NCBI GenBank assembly: GCA_022750415.1
Contig: JAKIVT010000002.1
Coordinates: 2,754-66,753 of the forward strand
Reading direction: 5' to 3'
Length of the DNA: 64,000 bases
DNA from: Thermoplasmata archaeon
GTDB taxonomy: Archaea > Thermoplasmatota > Thermoplasmata > Lutacidiplasmatales > UBA184
In this document: piece by piece, positions 38,112 through 47,223 of the stretch
How the letters are laid out: every line of letters begins with the position of its first letter
Position numbering within the stretch: the first letter of the stretch is position 1
Notes under the pieces: model-generated
What the model was told of the DNA's origin: nothing
The model's database searches: none
Seen by the model: only the letters and a program-made list of their open reading frames with translations
Position numbers and translations under genes: made by a program

Positions 38112-38948
38112 TGGCTCGTCCGGTTCGGGTACGACGGGCGCCCCTTCTACGGCTGGGCCCGCCAACCCGGTCTGCGCACGGTAGAGGGGGAGATCCTCGC
38201 GGGGATCGAACGTCGCGGAATTTCCTCCCCGCCTAGTGGGGCGAAAGTCGACGTCGCCAGCCGTACCGACCGGGGCGTGAGCGCCCGCGGGAACGCCCTC
38301 GTCCTCCACTCTCCCCTCCCCGGTCCGGCGCTTCTGCGGGCACTCAACGGAGTGGCGCAGGAGATCGTATTCACCGATGCGCGGGTCGTCGACGAGAGCT
38401 TCCGTCCCCGGGCCGCCGCCTCCCGGACCTACCGGTATCTGGAGGCGGCGCCCCGAGGCCCGTTGAACGCGTACCGGGCCGCGGCCGCCGTCGTGGTCGG
38501 CGACATCGACGTCCGGTCGTTCGGACGGGGGTTGCCGGGCGGGCGGCCCATCGTCCGTACCGTCCATCGGTTCGAGGTGACGGAGGACGGCACTGGTTTC
38601 GTTCTCGAGGTCTCGGCCCCGTCCTTCGTGTGGGGGATGGTCCGCAAGCTGGTCGGGGCGATCCGGCAGGTCGCGGCGAAGGAACTGGACCTCGCCACGT
38701 TGCGCGCGGCGGTTGCCGGCCGGCGGAGACTGACCCTTCCGCTCGCGGAACCCGAACCGCTCCTCCTGTGGGACGTTTCGTACGGGGTGCCCTGGACCGT
38801 GCACGCGACCGGCCTCAGCCGGCGTCAGAAGGCGTACTTCCGGACGGAGCGGCACGCAGCCCAGGTGCGCCACCGGTTGCTCGGTCGGCTGGGAGAGGAG
38901 CGGTTCGGTTCGGACGAAGCGTCTATGGACGCGGGAGGGTCTGAATAG
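38112..38948 (+). CDS. truA: tRNA pseudouridine(38-40) synthase TruA; N-terminal start codon unresolved
   Basis: WLVRFGYDGRPFYGWARQPG matches the conserved TruA N-terminal motif and SRTDRGVSARGNALV its catalytic-Asp region; the frame is open from 37932 but has no ATG/GTG/TTG before 38277; a TTG at 38111 lies in the +1 frame. Confidence 0.65.
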   Translation, partial: WLVRFGYDGRPFYGWARQPGLRTVEGEILAGIERRGISSPPSGAKVDVASRTDRGVSARGNALVLHSPLPGPALLRALNGVAQEIVFTDARVVDESFRPRAAASRTYRYLEAAPRGPLNAYRAAAAVVVGDIDVRSFGRGLPGGRPIVRTVHRFEVTEDGTGFVLEVSAPSFVWGMVRKLVGAIRQVAAKELDLATLRAAVAGRRRLTLPLAEPEPLLLWDVSYGVPWTVHATGLSRRQKAYFRTERHAAQVRHRLLGRLGEERFGSDEASMDAGGSE

Positions 38949-38959
38949 CCCGTCCCCGG

Positions 38960-40582
38960 ATGACCGGCAACTTCGGCGCTATCGAGCTTCTCGTCGCGCT
39001 CGTCGGGGCCGCGGCGACGAGCAGCGCGTTCGCCCTGCGAATCTACTCCGGTCCGGGTCGTCCCACCGCGGTCGAAGCCGTTGCCACTCTCCGTCGTTGG
39101 GCGCCCGCGTTCGTTGGCCTCGCCCTTCTCCTCGCGCTCGGAGCAGCTCTCCACGGGATCGGTCGGGGAGTCGGCTTCGAGGAGGGACTAGTTGCCGGGG
39201 GACTCGCGGCCTTGGCGGTTGGGGCCTTGGAGGTTCCGGGCGAACCGGACGGCCCCGGTCCCCTCGAGCAACCGGTGCTCCTCGTCCGAGCAGTGTCGGG
39301 GGTCGGCTCCGCCGGGATCGCCATCGTCGCGGTGTTGGGAATCCTCCTCGTGGCGGGCTCCGGTCCGGCGGGGCTCTTCGGGGTCCCGGTCGGAGCCGGG
39401 GTGCTCCTCCTTCTCAGTGAGCCCGGCGATTCGCGGAGCGGGCGCCTCCGATTCCTCGCGGTCGCCACGGCGTTGTCGGCGTCGACCGCCTACGTGGCGG
39501 GCGCCGTGATCCTCCGCTCCCTCGTGGCGGACGCCCTGCTCCTTCCCCTGCTGGCGGCCGCGATGGCGAGCCTTGCCGGATTCGTCGGCCTTCTCCTCGA
39601 CCGCGTCGAGGGACCGTACAAGGTGGGCGTGCCCGCCGCGGTCGCCGCGGGAGTGGGTCTCGCCGCCGCAGCGGTCTTGGTATGGATGCCGAGCGAGCCC
39701 TCGATCGCCGTCGCCATGGCGGCCGGGTGGTTCGGCGCCGCGACCGTGGCCTACCTGCCGAAGTGGGCCGTCCTCGAGCCGCCCGAAGCCGCCGAAACCG
39801 CCCGGGCGGGAACCGCGCTCGGCGTCATCGGCTCGATGTCCGGGGGACTTCGGGCTGTTGGCGGGTCCGTGATCGGGTTCGCCGTGGCCGTGTGGGTCGC
39901 CGATGCGGCGGTCCGCCTCCTGCTCCCGGACGGATCCTTCGGCATCTCCCTCGCGGCCACGAGCGCCTCCGTCGGCGCCGCGGTCCTCGCGGCGATCCGG
40001 GTCGGGACCGGTCCGAGGGGCACGGCACGAGGCGCGTCCGAGGTCCTCGACGTCGCCGCGGTGGGGTGGGCCGGCTTGGCGATCGTCTTCGCCCTCCCCC
40101 TCGTCGTTCCGTCGCTCACCGGGGTTTCGAGCGCCGTCTTCGGCGCGCAACTCGGCCTCGGATCCCCGACGACGCTCAGCGGGCTCGTCCTCGGGGCCAC
40201 GCTGCCGTTCCTCCTCGCCTCCTCCGCCAAAACGTCCCGGGGTTCCAGATCCTGGGACATCACGCGTCGCTGGGGAGCGGCACTCGCCCCGGCCCTCGCG
40301 GCCGTGTTCGTCGTCACAGTGTTCGGTCCGGCCGCCGTCGTTGCGCTCGTGCTGGGCGCCACGCTGACCGGAATCCCCCTCGGGATCTTCTGGGCGGCCG
40401 CCCGGGAGGCCACCGCCTCGGTGCGGTCGGTCGCGCCGGGGTCCTCGGCTTCCCCAGAGCTCGCGGCCGCTCTCGACGCCGAGAGCGGCTGGCGAATCTC
40501 CGCGGCGGTGATCGCGACCGGGGTCGCCGCCCTCGGGGTCACCCTCGTGGCCACCGGCGCCACGGGCTGGTTCGGCTTCTGA
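38960..40582 (+). CDS. polytopic integral membrane protein (~14 TM helices, Ala/Gly/Leu-rich), unknown function
   Basis: 540-aa ORF starting 9 nt after the truA stop; continuous hydrophobic helices; no pyrophosphatase or transporter signature motifs seen. Confidence 0.5.
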   Translation: MTGNFGAIELLVALVGAAATSSAFALRIYSGPGRPTAVEAVATLRRWAPAFVGLALLLALGAALHGIGRGVGFEEGLVAGGLAALAVGALEVPGEPDGPGPLEQPVLLVRAVSGVGSAGIAIVAVLGILLVAGSGPAGLFGVPVGAGVLLLLSEPGDSRSGRLRFLAVATALSASTAYVAGAVILRSLVADALLLPLLAAAMASLAGFVGLLLDRVEGPYKVGVPAAVAAGVGLAAAAVLVWMPSEPSIAVAMAAGWFGAATVAYLPKWAVLEPPEAAETARAGTALGVIGSMSGGLRAVGGSVIGFAVAVWVADAAVRLLLPDGSFGISLAATSASVGAAVLAAIRVGTGPRGTARGASEVLDVAAVGWAGLAIVFALPLVVPSLTGVSSAVFGAQLGLGSPTTLSGLVLGATLPFLLASSAKTSRGSRSWDITRRWGAALAPALAAVFVVTVFGPAAVVALVLGATLTGIPLGIFWAAAREATASVRSVAPGSSASPELAAALDAESGWRISAAVIATGVAALGVTLVATGATGWFGF

Positions 40583-40624
40583 GCCGTCGGCCCTCCGTCG
40601 CAGAGGCGCGGAACGCGGCCCGCC

Positions 40625-41878
40625 CTAGATCCCCGAGGCCCGGGATGCGGCCCGCGGCACGGAGACCGGGAGTCGCCGCGGCGGGCGCCGCCGGAGGAAC
40701 CAAGCGAGGGCCACCGGAACTGCGATGACGACCGCCAAGCCGCCGACCTCCGTCGTGGAGAGGGGGATCGGGAAGAGGGTCGAGTCGACCGGTGCGGCGG
40801 GAACCGCCCAACCCCAGTCGTCGGAGAGGATCGAGCCGTTCGTGACGGCGATTCCTCCGAACAGGATGTCGTGATTCACAATGGAGTCGAAGTACAGCTG
40901 GGCCCCGAGCCGGGGCGATGGGGTGTCCGTCCCCTCGACCGCGACATTGGTCCAGGTGGCGTTCGCAAACTCCCACGTGGACTCCGTCCGGTCCCCAAGG
41001 TAGAGGAGCATCCCGGACCCATGGGGGTCGTAGGCCGCCCGCGGCACCAGACTCTCCGGAGGGCTGGAGGCGGGGGTGAAGTCCCGCCAGATGCCACCCG
41101 ACCACTCCCAGGTCTCGTCGATCGTCCCGTTGCCCGAGCCTCCGAACAAGAAAATCGCCCGGTCGGCCGGATCGTAGGCGAACGCCTCGCCGCTGCGAGG
41201 AAGGGGCGATTTCGTGTACGGGGCGGCCGACCAGTTGCCCCTCTCGAACGTCCAAAGTCCGACGTTTCCTACCCCGCTGAACAGGACCGTCGTGTTGTCC
41301 GCCTCATCGAAGGCGAGTCCCGCCCCGGCTTGGGCCGGGGGCGACTGGGCCTGGAACGCCGTCACGTCGACCCAGGTGTCGAGCCCGAGGAACTCCCAGG
41401 TCTGCCCGGAGGCGGTGCCGTTCGCGAACTCCCCACCGAACAGGACGTAGTACCCGTCGGACCGGTCGTAGGCGAGGCTCGCGTTGGTGAGGGGCGGGGG
41501 GCTCACGGTGAGGTCATCGGCCTTGTCGACCCAGGAGCCCGGGAAATCCCCGTCGTTGACCCAGGTGTCGTTGAGCGTCGTTCCTCCGACGGACCTGCCC
41601 CCGAACACCACGCCGTCTCCCGCCAGCCGGTCGAAGGCGATCGCCGCGTACGCCCGGGCGAACGGCTCCGGCCGGGGCGGCGGCCCGGCCTGGGTCCAGC
41701 TGTTCCCGGCCGGAAGACCGCTGGTGACGAGTGGCGAGCTTCCCGCCCCGAGATGGCCCGCGAACGCCATGGCGGAGGAGGGACCAAGGAGCGCGCCCAC
41801 GAACGCGACGACCGCGAGGCACCGCAGACGCGCCGGGGCTCGGCCCGAGTCCAGACGCCGGGAACCCGCCGAGCCCAT
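40625..41878 (-). CDS. Kelch-repeat surface protein with signal peptide and C-terminal TM anchor
   Basis: Signal peptide MGSAGSRRLDSGRAPARLRCLAVVAFVGALLGPSSAMA; Kelch blades (VVFGG...LNDTWV, YVLFGG...TWEF, IFLFGG...TWEW); C-terminal hydrophobic helix followed by RRRPPRR. Confidence 0.6.
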   Translation of the reverse strand: MGSAGSRRLDSGRAPARLRCLAVVAFVGALLGPSSAMAFAGHLGAGSSPLVTSGLPAGNSWTQAGPPPRPEPFARAYAAIAFDRLAGDGVVFGGRSVGGTTLNDTWVNDGDFPGSWVDKADDLTVSPPPLTNASLAYDRSDGYYVLFGGEFANGTASGQTWEFLGLDTWVDVTAFQAQSPPAQAGAGLAFDEADNTTVLFSGVGNVGLWTFERGNWSAAPYTKSPLPRSGEAFAYDPADRAIFLFGGSGNGTIDETWEWSGGIWRDFTPASSPPESLVPRAAYDPHGSGMLLYLGDRTESTWEFANATWTNVAVEGTDTPSPRLGAQLYFDSIVNHDILFGGIAVTNGSILSDDWGWAVPAAPVDSTLFPIPLSTTEVGGLAVVIAVPVALAWFLRRRPPRRLPVSVPRAASRASGI

Positions 41879-42104
41879 CGACCGAAGCGATGGGCCTCTC
41901 CGTGGGTAATAGCCTTCGTCGGAACCGACGGCGTGGACGGGGAACTCCGGCGACCGGAACGGCGACGGCCGGAGGGAGTGCCGGCGCCCCGGCGTCGCCG
42001 TGGACCCACGGACTCGTCTTACCCGTCGCGACGGCTCGCGCCCCACGGCAAGGGTAGAAGAGGGGGAACTTCGTCGCGAGCCTTCCACCGTCGGAGGTGG
42101 AAGC

Positions 42105-42926
42105 GTGTCGAACCACCGGAATTGGACCGCGGGCATCGTCTTGGCGATCATGGTACTGCCGAGCTTGGGGGCCGCGACGGTTGTCGTCGCGCCGGCGCTC
42201 GTGCTCGGTCCCGCCACCGCCATCCTGCACTCCGGCCCGGCGCATCCGACGACGAAGACCAACAACTGGGCCGGCTATGCCGTGAGCAGCACGGCGGGGA
42301 CGGTCACCTACGTCAAGGGTTCCTGGATCGAGCCGAAGGCGGTCTCCTGTCCGGCCTCCGGATTCCAGTACTCCTCCTTCTGGGTCGGCATCGACGGGTT
42401 CGGCACCGCGACCGTCGAGCAGACCGGTACGGACACCGACTGCTGGGCCGGGGTCGCCACCTACTACGCGTGGTACGAGTTCTACCCGCACCCCTCGCAC
42501 ACGATTACGTCGGTCCCGATCCACGCGGGGGACACCATCTCCGCGTCGGTGAAGTGGGTGAACTCGACGGTCGGATTCAAGGTGAATCTCACCGACGTCA
42601 CGACCGGACGGTACTCCTGGCACACCTCCACGGTCTCGTCCGCGTCCCGCGCGACGGCCGAGTGGATCGCCGAGGCGCCCTACTCCGGGGGCGTCCTACC
42701 GCTCGCCGACTTCGGCAAGGTCCATTTCGGGAAGGACGCGACGGCGGTGGCGGGCACCAACCTCGCCACCATCAGCGGCACGACCGGCGTCCTCTCCTCG
42801 TTCGGGTCGTCGCTCTACAAGGTGAACATGATCAACAACGCTGGCACGGCGTACAAGGCCATCACGTCGGCCGTCTCGCACGACGGGACGAGCTTCAACG
42901 TCACCTGGAAGGGCGCCGGACCGTAG
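42105..42926 (+). CDS. peptidase G1 (eqolisin) family protein, paralog of 19883-20677
   Basis: NWAGYAV, SFWVGIDG, TVEQTGT, YYAWYEFYP and AEWIAEAP motifs; GTG start 5 nt after GGAGGTG; N-terminal hydrophobic anchor. Confidence 0.7.
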   Translation: MSNHRNWTAGIVLAIMVLPSLGAATVVVAPALVLGPATAILHSGPAHPTTKTNNWAGYAVSSTAGTVTYVKGSWIEPKAVSCPASGFQYSSFWVGIDGFGTATVEQTGTDTDCWAGVATYYAWYEFYPHPSHTITSVPIHAGDTISASVKWVNSTVGFKVNLTDVTTGRYSWHTSTVSSASRATAEWIAEAPYSGGVLPLADFGKVHFGKDATAVAGTNLATISGTTGVLSSFGSSLYKVNMINNAGTAYKAITSAVSHDGTSFNVTWKGAGP

Positions 42927-42979
42927 GGGGTGAGGGACACCCGCCCCGGCGGGAATCCGCCGGGGCCGGCCGCGTCGAC

Positions 42980-43648
42980 CTAGCCGGCCATCGGCCGGCA
43001 GAACGCATCGAGGAACCGCCACCAGGCGTCCATCGTCGCGTCAACCGCCCGCTCGACGGTCCGGGCCTCGCGAGTTCCGGTGGCCAGCTCGTGCTCGATG
43101 AGCCTTCGTTCCGCGGCCGAATGCTCCACGTCGGCCGACTCGTGGACCCGGAAGAACTCGAGCCCGCGGGGGTCCTCGACCCCGTAGAACTTCGCGAGTC
43201 CGCGCGCCTTCTCCGCGGCGACCGCCGGGAAGATCGATTCGTAGGCATACAGGGCTCCGAGCGCGGAACCGGCGGTCCCGCGGACGGCGTGGCGCTCGTA
43301 GGTGGAGAGGAGGCGACGGGTCGCCGGGTTCCATCGGGCCCCGATGACGTCGGAGCGGGGAACGCCGAGCGCGTCGGCGAACCGGAGCCACAGCTCCGGG
43401 TGGGTCGGGTCCCGCCCTTCCTCGTCGACGAGGTTGTCGAGGAGCGCGCGACGCCCGACCACGTCCTCGACGCGGCTGTACGCGGCGGCGACGAACCGGG
43501 GGAAGTTCTGCTCGAACTGGAAGTACTGCCCCGCGTAGGTGCGGAGCGTTCCCATCTCGACCTCGCCGTTCGACCAGGCCCGGTAGAACGGGTGCTTCAA
43601 CAGGTGCCGTCGGGCGATCCGCCGGTCGATCCCTCGGATGGTCGTCAC
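42980..43648 (-). CDS. PqqC/TenA-like (haem-oxygenase-like fold) protein
   Basis: HLLKHPFYRAWSNGEV...LRTYAGQYFQFEQNFPRFVAAAYS resembles PqqC/CADD/TenA_C family; the upstream two-thirds of the ORF is non-coding-like; GTG start inferred. Confidence 0.5.
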   Translation of the reverse strand: MTTIRGIDRRIARRHLLKHPFYRAWSNGEVEMGTLRTYAGQYFQFEQNFPRFVAAAYSRVEDVVGRRALLDNLVDEEGRDPTHPELWLRFADALGVPRSDVIGARWNPATRRLLSTYERHAVRGTAGSALGALYAYESIFPAVAAEKARGLAKFYGVEDPRGLEFFRVHESADVEHSAAERRLIEHELATGTREARTVERAVDATMDAWWRFLDAFCRPMAG

Positions 43649-43777
43649 GGACGGGTCGAGGGAATCGGGGTAGTAGAAGCTTCGCGCCGGATTTCGGCCC
43701 CGGGAGCCGCTTCGGGGGCCCCGTGGGGGTTCGTACCGGCCTGATTTGAGACGCCCCCGGCTCGATCGGTCGCTCCC

Positions 43778-44710
43778 GTGCCGCCCCTGTTCTTCGTCAC
43801 TCCGGACCTCTGGCTCGACGTCATCGTCGCCGTGGTGATGATCGTCGCCGAGGTGTACATCCTCACCCAGATCCTGCCCCGGTCCGGCCCCCCTCCCGCC
43901 ATGACACGGATGGTCATCGGCAGCACCGCGCTGGTCGGGTCCTCGGGGGTCCTCATGGCGCTCCTCGGGGCGTACCTCCAGTCGAATCTGAACACCTACA
44001 GCGTCGTCCTGCTCGCGTTCAACGGCATGATGCTGCTGCCGCCCGGTCTCTGGTTCATCTCCCTCATCGTGTTCGAGGACCGGAAGATCCGGGCGGAGAG
44101 CTGGTTCTGGCCCCTCGCGATCACGGCCATGGCGAGCTCCGCCGAGCTCCTCATGGGCCTGTTCTTCAGCGTCGCCGCCGGGGTCCCTCTCGCGACCGCG
44201 AGCGTGCTCGCCGGGACGCTGACCTCGGTCTGGTACCTCTGGTCGATGGCCAGCGCGATGGTCGCCCTCCTCCTCTGGGTCCGTCTCGACCGGGCGGTGC
44301 GCGACCCGCTCCTGGGGCTTGCCGCGGCCGGCGTCGTCGCCCCGTTCGTCCCGGTCGACCCCCTCGTCGGCGCGGCGCTGATGACGGGAGGGATGACCCT
44401 CACCCTCCTCGTCGTCTTCCGGGGGATCCGACACGGCCACCCCGCCGGAGCCGAGGCGGGGAAGGTCCTGACCGGGGTCGTCGCCGCCTTCTTCGCGATG
44501 AGCGTCGCCGGCTTCGGCCTCGCGCTCGCGCCGGGCTCGGTCCTCGCCTTGCTCGCGTTCGGCGGGGTCATGGCGGCGGCGATGACCGCGGAGTTTCTGT
44601 TCCTGGTCCGCGCGGGACTGCGTCCGGGAGCCGCCAACGCGGCTCCCCTGGCCCACCCGAGCGAGGCGAGGGCCGGCGGGGCTCGCCCGTCGGCGGCGTC
44701 GGAGCCGTAG
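43778..44710 (+). CDS. integral membrane protein (7-8 TM helices), unknown function
   Basis: 310 aa, hydrophobic; divergent from the PqqC-like gene. Confidence 0.5.
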   Translation: MPPLFFVTPDLWLDVIVAVVMIVAEVYILTQILPRSGPPPAMTRMVIGSTALVGSSGVLMALLGAYLQSNLNTYSVVLLAFNGMMLLPPGLWFISLIVFEDRKIRAESWFWPLAITAMASSAELLMGLFFSVAAGVPLATASVLAGTLTSVWYLWSMASAMVALLLWVRLDRAVRDPLLGLAAAGVVAPFVPVDPLVGAALMTGGMTLTLLVVFRGIRHGHPAGAEAGKVLTGVVAAFFAMSVAGFGLALAPGSVLALLAFGGVMAAAMTAEFLFLVRAGLRPGAANAAPLAHPSEARAGGARPSAASEP

Positions 44711-44745
44711 CGACGGTCCACCGCCCGGACCCCCCCCCTCGTACG

Positions 44746-44766
44746 CTATATCTCTCAACGATATAG
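44746..44766 (+). promoter_or_regulatory. inverted repeat CTATATC-n7-GATATAG overlapping TATA-like elements, 8-28 nt upstream of padR
   Basis: Perfect 7-bp arms; placed where a PadR auto-operator and archaeal TATA box would sit. Confidence 0.45.
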
Positions 44767-44773
44767 TTGGGGT

Positions 44774-45175
44774 ATGACCGCGCCCTCCGGGGACCGGTTC
44801 CTCTCGACGTTGCGCCGCGAGCTTCGCCACGGGGTGCTCCCGGTGTGGGTCCTCGAGAGTCTGGAGGACGGTCCTTCGTACGGGTACGAGCTCCTCGAGA
44901 AGCTCCGCTCCCGTCACGGGGACGACGCGGCCGCCTCCCCCTCCCGACTGTACCCGGCGCTCGCGCGACTCCGGTCCCACGGGCTCGTGCGGATCTACCA
45001 CGGCAAGGAGAGCCTCGGTCCGGTCCGGAAGTACTACGAGCTCACCCCCGCCGGGCGCGCAATGCTCCCCGAGGTTCGGGCGTTGGCCCTGACGCTTCGG
45101 ACCCTCTCCGGTCCCTCGTACGGTCCGTTGGAGGGACCGACTCGATTGACGAGGCCCGTCGGGGGAGGACCATGA
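44774..45175 (+). CDS. padR: PadR-family transcriptional regulator
   Basis: LPVWVLESLEDGPSYGYELLEKL...LYPALARLRSHGLVRIYHGK...RKYYELTPAG are canonical PadR motifs. Confidence 0.75.
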   Translation: MTAPSGDRFLSTLRRELRHGVLPVWVLESLEDGPSYGYELLEKLRSRHGDDAAASPSRLYPALARLRSHGLVRIYHGKESLGPVRKYYELTPAGRAMLPEVRALALTLRTLSGPSYGPLEGPTRLTRPVGGGP

Positions 45176-45885
45176 CGGACCTTCCGTCGAATCCTCGGCG
45201 GGTTGCCCCGATCCCGGCCGGAGACCCGTCCCGCGCCTGGCGCTGGGTCGCGCGATGCGGTGGGCTCGGGGCCCTCGCCCTGGGCGCGACGTTCGTCCTC
45301 GTCCGCCCGCGCCTGGCCCCGCAGATCCCGAGCCACTACGGTGCCTTCGGCGACGTGACAGCGACCCTGTCTCCGCTGGCGTTCGTCCTCATCGGACTCC
45401 TCCTCCAGGCCGCGGTCACCGGCGTGCTGACCGTCGTCCTGTACGTCTCGCTGCGGAGCGGCGTCATCGAGCAGCAACAGGGCCCGGGGATCTCCCGGCT
45501 CCTCGGAGCCTTGCTCTCCGCGATGGCGGCGCTGACGGTTCCCGGCCCGCTCATCCTCCTCCTTCTCGGCGACGCGGGGTACCTTGCCCTCGGCGCGGGG
45601 CCGGCGCCGGCCGTGCTGTTCCTCGTCGTCCCCGTCGTCCTGGCCGTGGTCCTGGTGAGCGTCCGCGCGCGCGGCGGACCGTCCGTCCGCGCGGTCCGGT
45701 TCGAGTGCTCGGCCTGTGGGGAGTCGTTCGCCCCGCCGGCGTGGCGGTGGATGGTGGGACCGCACATCGGGGCCTCGGTGTACCTGACGTGCCCACGATG
45801 CGGCGAGCGGGGCTGGGACGTGCGGGTCGGCGCCCGCGTGTGGAATCCGAACCCGGAGCCGGCGGATTCCCAACGGCTTCCGTAG
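45172..45885 (+). CDS. membrane protein (starts MTDL...) with C-terminal CxxC...CxxC zinc ribbon
   Basis: ATGA overlap with padR; four hydrophobic helices; C-terminal FECSACGESF...YLTCPRCGERGWD. Confidence 0.55.
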   Translation: MTDLPSNPRRVAPIPAGDPSRAWRWVARCGGLGALALGATFVLVRPRLAPQIPSHYGAFGDVTATLSPLAFVLIGLLLQAAVTGVLTVVLYVSLRSGVIEQQQGPGISRLLGALLSAMAALTVPGPLILLLLGDAGYLALGAGPAPAVLFLVVPVVLAVVLVSVRARGGPSVRAVRFECSACGESFAPPAWRWMVGPHIGASVYLTCPRCGERGWDVRVGARVWNPNPEPADSQRLP

Positions 45886-45895
45886 GTCGGAGGGC

Positions 45896-47185
45896 TCACG
45901 CCTGGGAAGGTCCGCCCGGCTCGACCGTGGCCATTGGCGGGCGCGGAAGCCCATCCCGGGCCGAGACGGGAACCGGTCCGGTGACCGCCGTCTCCGAGGT
46001 GACGCGCGGTTCCGTGGTCCACTGCAGCGGCAGGAACGCCCGTTCCGGGGCCACCGCCGCGAGGACCGCGAACGCGCCGAGAAGGCCGAATTGCAGGAGC
46101 CAACGGAGGGCGAGGGAGAGCGGCCCGACCGAGGGGGGGAGCACCGCTCCCCACGCCGCCGGCGCTCCCGCCGCCCCGAGAAGCTCGTTCCCGAGGCCGA
46201 ACACCCCCCAGCCCGAGAGGGGCGGGGGTACCCACGTCGCCAAGGAAAGGCCGCCCACGAGCAACGCGCCGCGGACCGCAAGGGCCCGGGACTTCGGGGT
46301 GCTCTCCCGCAGGAACCGGTAGGTGCCGACGGCGAACAGTCCCGCGCAGATCCCGAAGAGCGAAACGAACTGGTGCTGCAGGAGCCACCGAACGAGAGCC
46401 GCTGCGGTCACGCCCGGCGGGGCCGACGCGGTCCACTCCGCCACCGCGGCGAGCGACCAGGTGACGCCGGCCACGACCAGCCCGACTCGCAGGGCCGCGC
46501 CAATCAGGAACCGCGCGTCGACCGGTGCGTTGGCCGGGGCGTCCTCGACGTCCCCGCCGAGAAGCCTCCCGTACACGGTCAGGATCTGCTCCTGGGCGAC
46601 CAGCGCGACCCAGAGGACCGCGACCTGGAAGACGTTCAAGTACCACGTGTTCGCGAGGACCGACCCGATCGTCGTCCCGCTGCTCTGGGCGACGACCCCG
46701 ATCCCGGCGGTGGCGGCGGCGGTGGTCGAGCAGCAGGCACCGAGGGTGACGAGCGCGATCACCGCCGGGGTCAGCCCCGAGACCGAGCCGAGTGTCGCCG
46801 GGCGGGTGGTGCCGGCTCGCGGACGGCGCAACAGGCGGTACGCCAGCACGAGGCCGACCGACATCCCGATCCCGACACCGAGGGACACGACGACCATCGT
46901 GACGGTCGCGAGGAACGGGAGGACGAGGACCGCGCCGGGGCCGGTGACTACCAGGGCGGGGTAGTTCCACCAGGCGTACGCCCCGCTTCCGGTGACGACC
47001 TCCGCCTGGACGGAATGGAACGCCGTCGGCCGGAGGATGAGCATCTGGCCGGCGAGGAGGGAAACGAACGCGTAGAGGAGGGCCACGAACGCGACCATCA
47101 GGGCCCCGACGCGAGTCCGAAGGAGCGAGCGGCTCCGCTCGAGGGTGAGCAAAGAGAGCGCGCCGGGCGAGGCTCCGTTCGACAT
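45896..47185 (-). CDS. polytopic membrane protein (~10 TM helices), unknown function
   Basis: 429 aa, hydrophobic, consistent GC3 bias. Confidence 0.5.
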   Translation of the reverse strand: MSNGASPGALSLLTLERSRSLLRTRVGALMVAFVALLYAFVSLLAGQMLILRPTAFHSVQAEVVTGSGAYAWWNYPALVVTGPGAVLVLPFLATVTMVVVSLGVGIGMSVGLVLAYRLLRRPRAGTTRPATLGSVSGLTPAVIALVTLGACCSTTAAATAGIGVVAQSSGTTIGSVLANTWYLNVFQVAVLWVALVAQEQILTVYGRLLGGDVEDAPANAPVDARFLIGAALRVGLVVAGVTWSLAAVAEWTASAPPGVTAAALVRWLLQHQFVSLFGICAGLFAVGTYRFLRESTPKSRALAVRGALLVGGLSLATWVPPPLSGWGVFGLGNELLGAAGAPAAWGAVLPPSVGPLSLALRWLLQFGLLGAFAVLAAVAPERAFLPLQWTTEPRVTSETAVTGPVPVSARDGLPRPPMATVEPGGPSQA

Positions 47186-47223
47186 CGAGCTGGCTAGACC
47201 TTCGGCGTCGAGCTTGGGGCGCC

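Noticed and set aside
42980-45001. Full 673-aa minus-strand ORF
   Set aside because: Only the C-terminal ~222 aa (PqqC/TenA-like) look coding; the N-terminal 450 aa are Arg/Glu/Asp-rich and antisense to the 43778-44710 membrane protein and the padR module.
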